The position numbers and the translations under genes were made by a program. 64,000 nt of DNA from Archaeoglobaceae archaeon. Its GTDB lineage: Archaea; Halobacteriota; Archaeoglobi; Archaeoglobales; Archaeoglobaceae. Under the pieces are notes generated by a model, which did no database searches, was not told the origin of the DNA, and saw only the letters and a program-made list of their open reading frames with translations. This document shows positions 35,261 through 43,741 of the stretch, in pieces. How positions within the stretch are numbered: position 1 is the first letter of the stretch; the number at the start of each line of letters is the position of its first letter. The stretch lies in NCBI GenBank assembly GCA_040514265.1, contig JBEVCD010000017.1, positions 9,287 through 73,286 of the forward strand, in the 5' to 3' direction.

Positions 35261-37355
35261 ACTCGAACCTGTCGAGTATCTTTTTCATCTCGTAGGTAAT
35301 CTGCTCCCTCGCTCTCAGCTCGTTCAGTATACTTTCGATCCTTGAAATTTCAGCCTCAAACTTTCTCAGCAGCTCATCGCAGCTTATGTGGTCCCTTATC
35401 TCCATGTAACCCTTCATTATCGCGAGCGGGTTGAAGAGTCTGTCCGCAAGCTCCTCGAAATGCTCTAAGTTCTCCATGAGCACGTCCACGACGGTTTTTC
35501 TGACCTTCTCCATCGATGCCACTCTCAGAGCTATGCCGACGTCGCTTGCAAGGGATTCAAGGAGTTCCACCTCGTCCTCGTCGAAGTCCCCGCTGCTCTT
35601 CAGAACTATGCAGCCCACGATATCCTCGCCCACGAACAGCGGGAGTGCGAGATAGCAGAAGTCTCCGCTGAGCTTTAGAGTCTTTCGCATCTCGACGCAC
35701 CTTTCTGCCAGCTTCAAAGCTTCCTCCTCCTCTACGCCACTCGAGGACAGCATTGTGAGGTTCTTACCGTAAAAAACCGCGCTATCTCCGATTTCTTCTA
35801 GGAGCCTCGGAAGTTTCGAGAGTATCGAGATCTCCGACCTCTCTATGCTCACAGCCTTGGCAACACTTGAAACGACTCTGAGCAGTCTGTTAATCTTCCG
35901 GAGCTTCTCCTCGTTCTCCTTGATGTCTGTGATGTCCGCGAGGTTTACGAGGATCGCCGGCTTCCCCTTCAGTTCTATCCTCCTCGCCAAAACCTTCAGC
36001 CACCTGACCCTTCCATCCTTCGTCAGAACTTTGACCTCGTAGCTCTCCGGAACGTTTTCTCCTCTCAGCCTCGCGTAAAGTCTACTCTTCGCCAAATCCC
36101 TGTGCTCGGGATGTATCACGTCGTAAGGATGCGGCAGGTTGTTTATGTCCTCCATTGTGTAGCCTAGGATCTCGCTCAGCTTACTGTTCGCGTAAACTAT
36201 CCTGTCGTCCTGTATTATGAAGATCGCTGTGTGCGAGTATTCCGTGAGCGTGCGGTAAAGAGTCTCCCTCTCCTCGAGTTTCCTCCTCAGCTTTTCCCTC
36301 TCCGTGACGTCTCTCATTATGACGACTGCGTAGATAGCTTCTCCGTTTTCGTCGTAGACGAACCTAGCTGAGTACTCCAGCAGCGAGTTTCCGAGATTTG
36401 CGACTCCCCTCACAACTTCTCCGCTTTCGAGGGCTCTGCTGAGGTCGCTTTCTATGTCGCCTTTGACGAGTTCTGTGATCTTCCTCCCCTCAACGTATCC
36501 TGCAAGGTTCCTAAACGTCCCGTTCGCGAAAATTATTCTCCCCTCACGATCGACGAGGAGTATGTAGTCCGGCGATGATTCCAGGAGGGCGTTGTAGAGG
36601 GCGAGCGTCCTCTGGAACTTTTCGATTGCTTTCCTTCTGGCGGTAACGTCTCTGAGAACTATGATTCCGTTATCTCTGCCGATTAGGCTGCCAACGGCTT
36701 CAACTACTCTAAGGTTACCGCTGGCGTCGTATATCTCGACCTCCATCCTCTGAGACTTTCCACTGCTCACAGCGTTCGCTATTCTTTCTTTTACCTTCTC
36801 CACGTTCTCCTTCGGCAGGAATTCGTAGATGCTCCTTCCTACGAGCTCTTCGGGTCTGTAGCCGTAGATCGATACGGCTGGGTTCACGTAGAGAATCTTT
36901 CCGCTCGCATCGATGTGGATGAACGCATCTATCGCCGACTCAACCATCTTCCTGAACACGGAATCCGCAGCCGGGGCTAAGGCAACCTCGAATACCTCGG
37001 GTCTCTCTGAAATTCTCCGCACGAAGACAGTCTTATCAAAGAGCTCTCTCTTCCCTTCGGATACCCGAAAGCCGAAAACCTCTTCGAATTCCTTCCCCTG
37101 AACGTCTCCCAGGGCGTTAAGGAAAGCCGGATTCGCGAGCACGATCTTGCCGTTAAGGACGAAGGCGTAACCTATGGACCCGCCCCACACGGGTGCGTAT
37201 CTGGATCTGAGCTTCGAGACTATATCTCTCAACGAGTAGACGTATACTTTGCCCCCCTCCTCGAACTCCACCCAGTCGGACTTCGGAGGAGGCGATAGGG
37301 ATATGTAAAGAAGGCGACCGCTCGCATCCCTAACGGCGATCGGCGTAAATTCCAT
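35244..37355 (-). CDS. multi-PAS plus GAF sensor protein without kinase output
   Basis: It contains at least three PAS S-box-like segments (e.g. IHIDASGKILYVNPAVSIYGYRPEELVGRSIYEF, ILLVDREGRIIFANGTFRNLAGY, IFIIQDDRIVYANSKLSEILGY). A GAF-like region and a terminal helical segment follow. No HATPase_c domain is present. Confidence 0.7.
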   Translation of the reverse strand: MEFTPIAVRDASGRLLYISLSPPPKSDWVEFEEGGKVYVYSLRDIVSKLRSRYAPVWGGSIGYAFVLNGKIVLANPAFLNALGDVQGKEFEEVFGFRVSEGKRELFDKTVFVRRISERPEVFEVALAPAADSVFRKMVESAIDAFIHIDASGKILYVNPAVSIYGYRPEELVGRSIYEFLPKENVEKVKERIANAVSSGKSQRMEVEIYDASGNLRVVEAVGSLIGRDNGIIVLRDVTARRKAIEKFQRTLALYNALLESSPDYILLVDREGRIIFANGTFRNLAGYVEGRKITELVKGDIESDLSRALESGEVVRGVANLGNSLLEYSARFVYDENGEAIYAVVIMRDVTEREKLRRKLEERETLYRTLTEYSHTAIFIIQDDRIVYANSKLSEILGYTMEDINNLPHPYDVIHPEHRDLAKSRLYARLRGENVPESYEVKVLTKDGRVRWLKVLARRIELKGKPAILVNLADITDIKENEEKLRKINRLLRVVSSVAKAVSIERSEISILSKLPRLLEEIGDSAVFYGKNLTMLSSSGVEEEEALKLAERCVEMRKTLKLSGDFCYLALPLFVGEDIVGCIVLKSSGDFDEDEVELLESLASDVGIALRVASMEKVRKTVVDVLMENLEHFEELADRLFNPLAIMKGYMEIRDHISCDELLRKFEAEISRIESILNELRAREQITYEMKKILDRFESRASR

Positions 37356-37379
37356 AAAAATCTTTGAAGATTTTTCCCC

Positions 37380-38561
37380 TTAAACCTTTCGCAGCTCAGC
37401 GATACGGTTGGCAGCCTCCTCTATCAGCTCGATACTCCTCGTCATGGCGAACCTTACGTAGCCCTCGCCGTACTCACCGAACCCCACGCCAGGGGTTGCG
37501 AGGACTCCGACGTCAAGAAGTTTTTTTACGAACTCCACGCTGCTCTCGCCGACCCTAAGCCATACGTAAAACGTGGCTTTCGGCATACTAACTTCGAAGC
37601 CAGCCTCCCTTAGAATCTCCACGAACACCCTTCGCCTCTCCGCGAAGACTCTGCAGTTCTCCTCGATTACAGAATCGGGGCTTCTGAGAGCTGCTATAGC
37701 CGCTTCCTGTATGGCTTCGAACACGCCGCTGTCGACGTTCGTCTTGACTCTCAGCAGACCCCTCAGCACCTCCTCGCTTCCGCAAGCGAAGCCTATACGC
37801 CACCCGGTCATGTTGAAGGTCTTCGAAAGGGAGTTGAACTCGATCGCTACTTCGAAAGCCTCCTCGATTTCGAGGAAGCTCGGAGACCTGTAGCCGTCGA
37901 ACGTAAGCTCCGCGTAGGCGGCGTCGTGGGCGAGTATTATCTTGTTGTCCAGGCAGAAATCCACGACCTCCTTCATCCACCTTCTATCTTCGATTACTGC
38001 AGCTGTGGGGTTGTTCGGGTAGTTAAGGTAGAGTATCTTCGCCTTTCTCGCAACCTCGTCCGGGACCTCTCCGAGATCTGGTAGAAAGCCGTTTTCCTCG
38101 CGCAGAGGTAAGTGGTAGGGCACACCATCTGCGAGCAGCGCGGCGGCGTGGTATACGGGATAACCCGGATCGGGAACGATTACGTAGTCGCCGGGATCGA
38201 CGAAGGCGAGCGGAAGGTGCGCTATTCCCTCCTTCGAGCCTATCAGCGCTATTACTTCCCTCTCCGCATCGAGTTTTACTCCCTTTCGCCTCTCGTAGAA
38301 CTCGCAGACCGCCTGCCTGAATTCGAGCATCCCCTCGTAGCTCGGATACTTCTGCCTCTCCACCTTTTCGGCTGAACTCTTCAGCGCTTCCACGATATGA
38401 CGCGGGGTCGGGAGGTCCGGGTCTCCAACGCCCAGGTCGATGACCTTAACGCCCTCCTGAAGTTTCCTCCTCTTCATCTCGTCGATTTCGGCGAAAAGGT
38501 AAGGGGGTATCTTCAGCATCCTCTCAGCCAGCCTGAACATGAACTCTCGAAAACGTTTCAC
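37380..38561 (-). CDS. class I/II aminotransferase, LL-diaminopimelate aminotransferase (DapL)-like
   Basis: It has PPYLFAEID, GDPDLPTP and NSLSKTFNMTGWRIGF (PLP Lys). The start may instead be M8 (38540). Confidence 0.75.
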   Translation of the reverse strand: MKRFREFMFRLAERMLKIPPYLFAEIDEMKRRKLQEGVKVIDLGVGDPDLPTPRHIVEALKSSAEKVERQKYPSYEGMLEFRQAVCEFYERRKGVKLDAEREVIALIGSKEGIAHLPLAFVDPGDYVIVPDPGYPVYHAAALLADGVPYHLPLREENGFLPDLGEVPDEVARKAKILYLNYPNNPTAAVIEDRRWMKEVVDFCLDNKIILAHDAAYAELTFDGYRSPSFLEIEEAFEVAIEFNSLSKTFNMTGWRIGFACGSEEVLRGLLRVKTNVDSGVFEAIQEAAIAALRSPDSVIEENCRVFAERRRVFVEILREAGFEVSMPKATFYVWLRVGESSVEFVKKLLDVGVLATPGVGFGEYGEGYVRFAMTRSIELIEEAANRIAELRKV

Positions 38562-38631
38562 CTTATTTACTCTTACGCATTGTCCGTTCGCTCACCGAAA
38601 CCGTAATGAATTGTTCCCGCAGAAGTCGATC

Positions 38632-39330
38632 GTGTGGCTGAAGGTCGGCAGCTACTTCGAAAGAGACGAAGCCTCAGCCGTAGCCTCGAAGCTCAGCGAG
38701 TGCGGAGCGAGGGTCGAGGTTAAGGGATCGATAGAGTGGGACTTGGAAGAAAAAAGCTTCAAAAAGTGCAGACTTAGCGAACTGGAGGGAGATGAAAGAC
38801 GGAAGTGGGAAGAGTACTGCGAGATCCTAAGGGAGCTTCTGGCGAACGGTTTGAGCGGCAGAGAACTCGAGAGAGAGTTCGCTATCCGGCTTTTCGGTGA
38901 GAGAGCCCTCGAACTCGACCCGCTGGAAGACCCGGACCTCGCAGTTGAAGTTCTGAAAGCCCTATTCGACCTCCACACGTTTCTCAGCGCTAACGGGATA
39001 GACTTTTTCGAGGGCGGTGTTTTGCCAGAAGATCCAGAGGTCGTGATTGAAGGAGAGGGTGAGAGAGTTTACATGGTCGTCTTCTTTCCGGTCTGGGAGG
39101 TCTTCGTCGAACCCGTAAGCCTCCTTAGACTCAAATCCGGCATCGAGGGAGAAGAGGGAGTTGCTCTGGAAGTCTTCTCGACAATCGTGGCGAGTGCTCT
39201 CTTTAACGAGGGGATGGAAGCTTCCGGATACATCGACGGCGAGGGTTTCAGCGTCGTCTACGACGGGAGCGAAGTCGTGGAGGAGCTGCTCAGATACTTG
39301 GAGAAGTCCGGATACGTAAGGAGGAGATGA
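38632..39330 (+). CDS. hypothetical acidic protein
   Basis: The ORF is coupled by a 4-nt overlap to the downstream DUF531-like gene. The start is uncertain: GTG 38632 and TTG 38611 avoid overlapping the divergent aminotransferase start, whereas ATG 38539 does not. Confidence 0.5.
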   Translation: MWLKVGSYFERDEASAVASKLSECGARVEVKGSIEWDLEEKSFKKCRLSELEGDERRKWEEYCEILRELLANGLSGRELEREFAIRLFGERALELDPLEDPDLAVEVLKALFDLHTFLSANGIDFFEGGVLPEDPEVVIEGEGERVYMVVFFPVWEVFVEPVSLLRLKSGIEGEEGVALEVFSTIVASALFNEGMEASGYIDGEGFSVVYDGSEVVEELLRYLEKSGYVRRR

Positions 39331-39827
39331 TAGTCCTCTGCCTCGTGAACACCTACGACAAGCTCAAGCTTCATGAAGCGCACCTCAGGGCGATAGCGAG
39401 GGCTTCGGCTCTCTGCTACGCCTTCGGATTTCACCTCGCGCTTCTCGACTTTCCGTTCTGGAAAAAACCGAGCGAAGTAATAGAGGAAGTTGCAAACTAC
39501 ACGACGATCGGCGACGGTAACTACATAAGGGAGCTCGAAGGTAGACTTCACATCGTGGACAAGATACCCGCCCACTTCGGGGAGGTGATAGCAACGACGC
39601 CGAACCCCGACAGAAAGAAGGCTATCGACGCATCCAGACTCAGCTCGCTGCGATCCGCAACATTTTTAATAGGGCTCGGGAGAAGGGGTCTCCCGAAAGA
39701 GTTGCTGGAGGCTGCGAGATATCACCTCGATGTAACACAGCGCGGCGTGAGTCTGGAAACCTGCACGGCTATGGGTGCCATAGCCATGCTGATAGCGACG
39801 AAGGTGGTGGGACTTTGGAGGAGGTGA
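39327..39827 (+). CDS. DUF531/COG4080 SPOUT-like protein
   Basis: 166 aa. The C-terminal GLGRRGLPKELLE...HLDVTQRGVSLETCTAMGAIA resembles the trefoil-knot region of SPOUT methyltransferase-like DUF531 proteins. Confidence 0.55.
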   Translation: MIVLCLVNTYDKLKLHEAHLRAIARASALCYAFGFHLALLDFPFWKKPSEVIEEVANYTTIGDGNYIRELEGRLHIVDKIPAHFGEVIATTPNPDRKKAIDASRLSSLRSATFLIGLGRRGLPKELLEAARYHLDVTQRGVSLETCTAMGAIAMLIATKVVGLWRR

Positions 39828-40453
39828 GGTTCTGCCCGGAGCACGGATTTTACAGAGGCGAGAGCTGCGAGTGCGGCAGGGTGGGGGAGAAGATACTAGA
39901 CAGGGAGAAGGTCGAAAAGCTCGGCAGGCTGATGTCCGGCATACTCCGTCACTTCCCCCACAAGTTCGGGCTGGAGATGGACGAGAACGGGTGGGTCAAC
40001 TTCGAATCGCTCGTAAGGATCGTCAAGAAGAGGTACAGGTGGGCTGACCGCTGGGTTGTGAAGGCTATAGTCTACAGCGACAAGAAGGGGAGATACGAGA
40101 TAAGGGGGGACAAGATAAGAGCCAGATACGGTCACAGCGTGGAAGTAAGACTCGAAGACATGCCCGAAGCTACGGAGGACGTGCTATACTACGGAACGAG
40201 TGAGGAGGAAGCGCACAGAATACTCGAAGTCGGCATAAAGCCCGTCCGGCAGACTTTCGTCCATCTCTCCACGTCGATCGAAAGGAGCCTTGAAGTCGCT
40301 CTGCTGCGGACGGACAAACCGATAATTCTTGAAATAGATGCTAAGAGGGCAAGAGAGGACGGAATAAGGATAATAAAAGCCAACGATGCGATCGCACTTG
40401 CGAAGGAAATTCCGCCCAAGTACATAAGAAGGATCGTTCAGTACTCGTCGTAG
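39824..40453 (+). CDS. kptA: RNA 2'-phosphotransferase (Tpt1/KptA)
   Basis: It has LSGILRHFPHKFGLEMDENGWV, RYGHSV and VHLS motifs. The GTG start is preceded by GGAGGAG and overlaps the upstream stop codon (GTGA). Confidence 0.85.
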   Translation: MRFCPEHGFYRGESCECGRVGEKILDREKVEKLGRLMSGILRHFPHKFGLEMDENGWVNFESLVRIVKKRYRWADRWVVKAIVYSDKKGRYEIRGDKIRARYGHSVEVRLEDMPEATEDVLYYGTSEEEAHRILEVGIKPVRQTFVHLSTSIERSLEVALLRTDKPIILEIDAKRAREDGIRIIKANDAIALAKEIPPKYIRRIVQYSS

Positions 40454-40686
40454 TCGTACTCTTCCTCTTCCTCCTCGAACTCCTCTTCGAGTTCCTCCTC
40501 CTCTTCCTCTTCGTATCTTTCGAGCGCCTCCAAATCGAACTCCTCGTTCGTTTCGAGGAGTAACAGCTTCCCGTTTTCGTAGAGCATCCTCGAACCGCAG
40601 AGGTTGCAAGAGATTTCCAGACCCTCGTAAAGATCCGTTATTTCTATTTCCTCTCCACAGTTCGGACATCTTATTATTTTCGCCAT
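40438..40686 (-). CDS. LysW-like zinc-ribbon protein with poly-Glu/Tyr C-terminal tail
   Basis: It has a CPNCG...CNLCG ribbon. In the following 38-aa tail, 25 residues are Asp or Glu, and it ends EEEEEEYDYDEY. It has its own TATA-like box upstream. Confidence 0.65.
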   Translation of the reverse strand: MAKIIRCPNCGEEIEITDLYEGLEISCNLCGSRMLYENGKLLLLETNEEFDLEALERYEEEEEEELEEEFEEEEEEYDYDEY

Positions 40687-40761
40687 AATTCGCGTTTCGT
40701 CCTTTGACCGGATTTAAATTTTGTGATGTTAAGCGCTTCGCAATAAAAATTAAAGTTAAAA

Positions 40762-42609
40762 CTACTCGCCGTAAACGGACTGATAAACGAGTTCGATTAC
40801 GTCCATCACCTGAATTCTGTCGTCGAGCTTCTCGGTCTTCACGCCGTCTTCGAGCATTATCATGCAGAACGGGCACGCGACGGCTAGTATCTCAGCGCCG
40901 GTAGCTGCCGCCTCTCTGGCTCTTATGTTGTTCGGTCTGTCCTCTCCGGGATACTCTCTCACGAGGTTTCCTCCACCGGCACCGCAGCAGAAGCTGCGTT
41001 CCCTGTTCCTCGGCATTTCGACGAGCTCGATTCCCGGAATCGCTTTCAGTATCTCCCTCGGAAGGTCGTATATTCCGTTGTATCGTCCGAGGTAGCAGGG
41101 ATCGTGGTACGTGACCTTCTTGTTTACAGGGTGCTTCAGCTGCAGCTTTCCGCTCTTTATCGCGTCGTATATGACTTCGAGTATGAACCTCACCTCGTAA
41201 CCCTCGTACTCGTTCGCGAACGTGTTGTAGCAGTGCGGCGAAGTGGCTATTATCTTCTGCACGCCGTACTTCTCGAACGTCTGGACGTTCTCCTCCTTCA
41301 GCAGCTCGAACAGACCCTCTTCTCCGACTCTCCGCACGTCGTTTCCGCAGCACCCCTCTTCTCTGCCGAGGATCGCGTAGTTCACCCCTATGTCGTTCAG
41401 AAGCCTCACGAGCTTCTTCGTCACCTGAACGTTTCTGTTGTCGAAGCTGTGCGCACAGCCGACGAACCACAGCCACTCGAACTCTGGGTTGTCCTTTACG
41501 GTCATCACCTCAACGCTCTTCGCCCACTGATCCCTCTTGAACCTTCCCTCGCCCCACGGGTTCTTCTGCTTTTGAATATTGTTCAGGAGGTCTCTTATGT
41601 CCGGCGGAGCTTCGCCCGCCTCGATTATTCCCCTCCTGATCTCACCGATTATCTCCATCTGCTCCACGTAAACGGGGCAGACTTCCATGCAGGCTCTGCA
41701 CGTCGTGCAAGCCCAGACTGCCTCCTCGTCGAGCACGGCGTCAACGAGTAAGACGTCCTCGCCGATCTTTTTTTCGAGCCTCCTTATGTTCTGCATCAGG
41801 AACATCGGATTCAGCGTCGTGCCGGAGTTGGCAGCTGGGCATATGTCCTGGCACCTTCCGCACCGCATGCAGGAGAGGCTCGCAAGCAGGTCTCGCCTCG
41901 TGAGGTCCTTGGGCGTCAACGCTCCGACGTAGTCCTCGCCGGCGAGAGGTCTCATGACGCCAGGCTTCCTCTCGCTCCTCGTGTAGACGTTTATCGGGGC
42001 TGCGAATATGTGCAGAAGTTTCGTATACGGGACGATCGCTATGAAAGCGAGGATCAAACCGGCGTGCAGGAACCAGAGGATGTAAGAAGCTTCTTCGAGG
42101 TCGCTGAACCTCACGAACTCCTTCAGAACGAAACCGGCTAGCGCTGCGGCTATGAATATCAGGAGCACAGCGTCATCATCTTTTGCGTGCTCGTACTTCC
42201 TCGCAAACCTGCTCGGGCGTAGCAAGTACCTGTTCACAGCCGCTATCGCCAAGCCTGCGAGGATCATGACGGCTGCGATCGTCATAGCGTACTTCAGAGT
42301 GAGGTAGCTAACTCTGAAAACGTCCGGAACGACGACTCCTACTGTGAAGATCAAAATGGAGACCAAGATCACTATCGTTCCCCAGAGGAAGAGGAAATGC
42401 GACAGCCACATCTTGGGCTCTCTTTCGAGCAGCCTGATAAGCAGCAAGGCATCTCTGATTACGTACCAGAGCCTTCTCGTTGCGTTACTCGTCCTGTCCT
42501 CTCCGCTCCTGCCGATCGACACGAACTTCCACTTCTGCCACACTCCGCGTGCGAAGATGGCGATGGCGACGAAGAACGCCACAAGATACGCGACCGCGAC
42601 CGCGTTCAT
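40762..42609 (-). CDS. fused NarI/DsrM-like membrane cytochrome b module and HdrD/DsrK-like Fe-S (CCG) module
   Basis: It has five N-terminal TM helices with conserved His (SHFLF, FLHAG). These are followed by CMRCGRCQDICP and CTTCRACMEVCP clusters and two CCG-type regions (GCCGN, FCCGAGGG). Confidence 0.8.
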   Translation of the reverse strand: MNAVAVAYLVAFFVAIAIFARGVWQKWKFVSIGRSGEDRTSNATRRLWYVIRDALLLIRLLEREPKMWLSHFLFLWGTIVILVSILIFTVGVVVPDVFRVSYLTLKYAMTIAAVMILAGLAIAAVNRYLLRPSRFARKYEHAKDDDAVLLIFIAAALAGFVLKEFVRFSDLEEASYILWFLHAGLILAFIAIVPYTKLLHIFAAPINVYTRSERKPGVMRPLAGEDYVGALTPKDLTRRDLLASLSCMRCGRCQDICPAANSGTTLNPMFLMQNIRRLEKKIGEDVLLVDAVLDEEAVWACTTCRACMEVCPVYVEQMEIIGEIRRGIIEAGEAPPDIRDLLNNIQKQKNPWGEGRFKRDQWAKSVEVMTVKDNPEFEWLWFVGCAHSFDNRNVQVTKKLVRLLNDIGVNYAILGREEGCCGNDVRRVGEEGLFELLKEENVQTFEKYGVQKIIATSPHCYNTFANEYEGYEVRFILEVIYDAIKSGKLQLKHPVNKKVTYHDPCYLGRYNGIYDLPREILKAIPGIELVEMPRNRERSFCCGAGGGNLVREYPGEDRPNNIRAREAAATGAEILAVACPFCMIMLEDGVKTEKLDDRIQVMDVIELVYQSVYGE

Positions 42610-43001
42610 CTTTCAACACCTCCCGCTAGATCGGCTTTGCTGTGAATTGCGAGGACATCGGCGTGGCAGTCCTGACAGCTGTGGACGACCATCGCATCGC
42701 TACCGTGGCATGTGTAACACACAACCTCGCCTTTCGGTATCTCAACTCCCGGCGGGGCGCCGTGGCAGAGAGGTGTGAGGGGGTCTTCGACATGGCATTC
42801 CCTGCAGTCGAAGGAGTGTATCGGATGCACGTCGGCGCCGTGGCAATCGTAGCAGATGCCGAAACTGTGAGATGGATACTCGTCAGCTCTCGTGTGACAG
42901 TTCAGACAGTTAAGCTCGTATCTAATCTTTTCCCCGCTCGAAAATGCGTACGCGATCACGGGAAAGAGTAGTATTGGAATTAGAACGATGATCCACCTCA
43001 T
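42606..43001 (-). CDS. small multihaem cytochrome c (5 CxxCH)
   Basis: It has an N-terminal hydrophobic helix and five CxxCH motifs (CLNCH, CYDCH, CRECH, CYTCH, CQDCH), plus an extra PLCH. Confidence 0.8.
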   Translation of the reverse strand: MRWIIVLIPILLFPVIAYAFSSGEKIRYELNCLNCHTRADEYPSHSFGICYDCHGADVHPIHSFDCRECHVEDPLTPLCHGAPPGVEIPKGEVVCYTCHGSDAMVVHSCQDCHADVLAIHSKADLAGGVER

Positions 43002-43324
43002 CTTCCTCCCTCCACGTATTTGTTTGCCGAGTCCTCATGAATGCTCCTCACATCGCCATGACAGAGCGTGCAACCGTAGTTCGGCTCGTGTATGCTGACG
43101 AGGTTCGTCTCGTGACATTCGGAACATTCGCCTATCGGTCTGCCTACGTCCGGGTGTTTTTCCACGTAGTGGCACGTAAGGCAGTCAGCTTCTGTGTGGG
43201 CTGCGTACTCCTTCGCAAGCTGGTGACAGTCGCAGCTCCCGAGCTCTACGACTCTGACTTCTTCAACCTTCTGAACGCAACCGAAGAGTGCGAGCACGAG
43301 GAGCAGGAGTAGAATCCGTTTCAT
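42998..43324 (-). CDS. small multihaem cytochrome c (3 CxxCH plus a CxCH site), lipobox-like signal
   Basis: The start MKRILLLLLVLALFGC is preceded by GAGGTGGTG. It has CLTCH, CSECH and CTLCH, and SCDCH at the position where its paralogues have CxxCH. Confidence 0.75.
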   Translation of the reverse strand: MKRILLLLLVLALFGCVQKVEEVRVVELGSCDCHQLAKEYAAHTEADCLTCHYVEKHPDVGRPIGECSECHETNLVSIHEPNYGCTLCHGDVRSIHEDSANKYVEGGR

Positions 43325-43334
43325 CGACACCACC

Positions 43335-43733
43335 TCAGGAGTGCGGATCGTGACAGACGGTACAGTATATTCCCGCATGGTGCCCTTCGCCGACCGTGGC
43401 TACGTTCCTGCCCTCGACGTCGAGGTGGCAGTTGAGGCAGAACCCCCTCGATTTGTCCACGATCACACTTCCTTTACCCTCGGCATGCTCCATCCCCGCG
43501 CCGTGGCAAGCTTCGCACTGAACCGTCGAGTGGATCCTCATCTCTCCGACGTTCGCATGGCACTCCATGCAGACGCTCGAATCCGCGAACTTCACACTTC
43601 TCGCGATCTCCTTCTCCAGCCACGCGTTCTTACTGCTCTCCACTACCTTAGGACTAACAGCGAAGGCGTAGACGTAGAGGGTCGCGAAGACGATCGCGGC
43701 GAAGATCGTCACGATAACGATCTTTTCCTTCAT
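43335..43733 (-). CDS. membrane-anchored tetrahaem cytochrome c
   Basis: It has an N-terminal TM helix and four CxxCH motifs: CMECH, CEACH, CLNCH and CTVCH. Confidence 0.8.
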   Translation of the reverse strand: MKEKIVIVTIFAAIVFATLYVYAFAVSPKVVESSKNAWLEKEIARSVKFADSSVCMECHANVGEMRIHSTVQCEACHGAGMEHAEGKGSVIVDKSRGFCLNCHLDVEGRNVATVGEGHHAGIYCTVCHDPHS

Positions 43734-43741
43734 AGCACCAC

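Noticed and set aside
40184-40876. 230-aa Arg/Gly-rich minus-strand ORF overlapping kptA, the zinc-ribbon gene and the end of the M-K fusion gene
   Set aside because: It is a low-complexity off-frame or antisense translation that crosses three better-supported genes.
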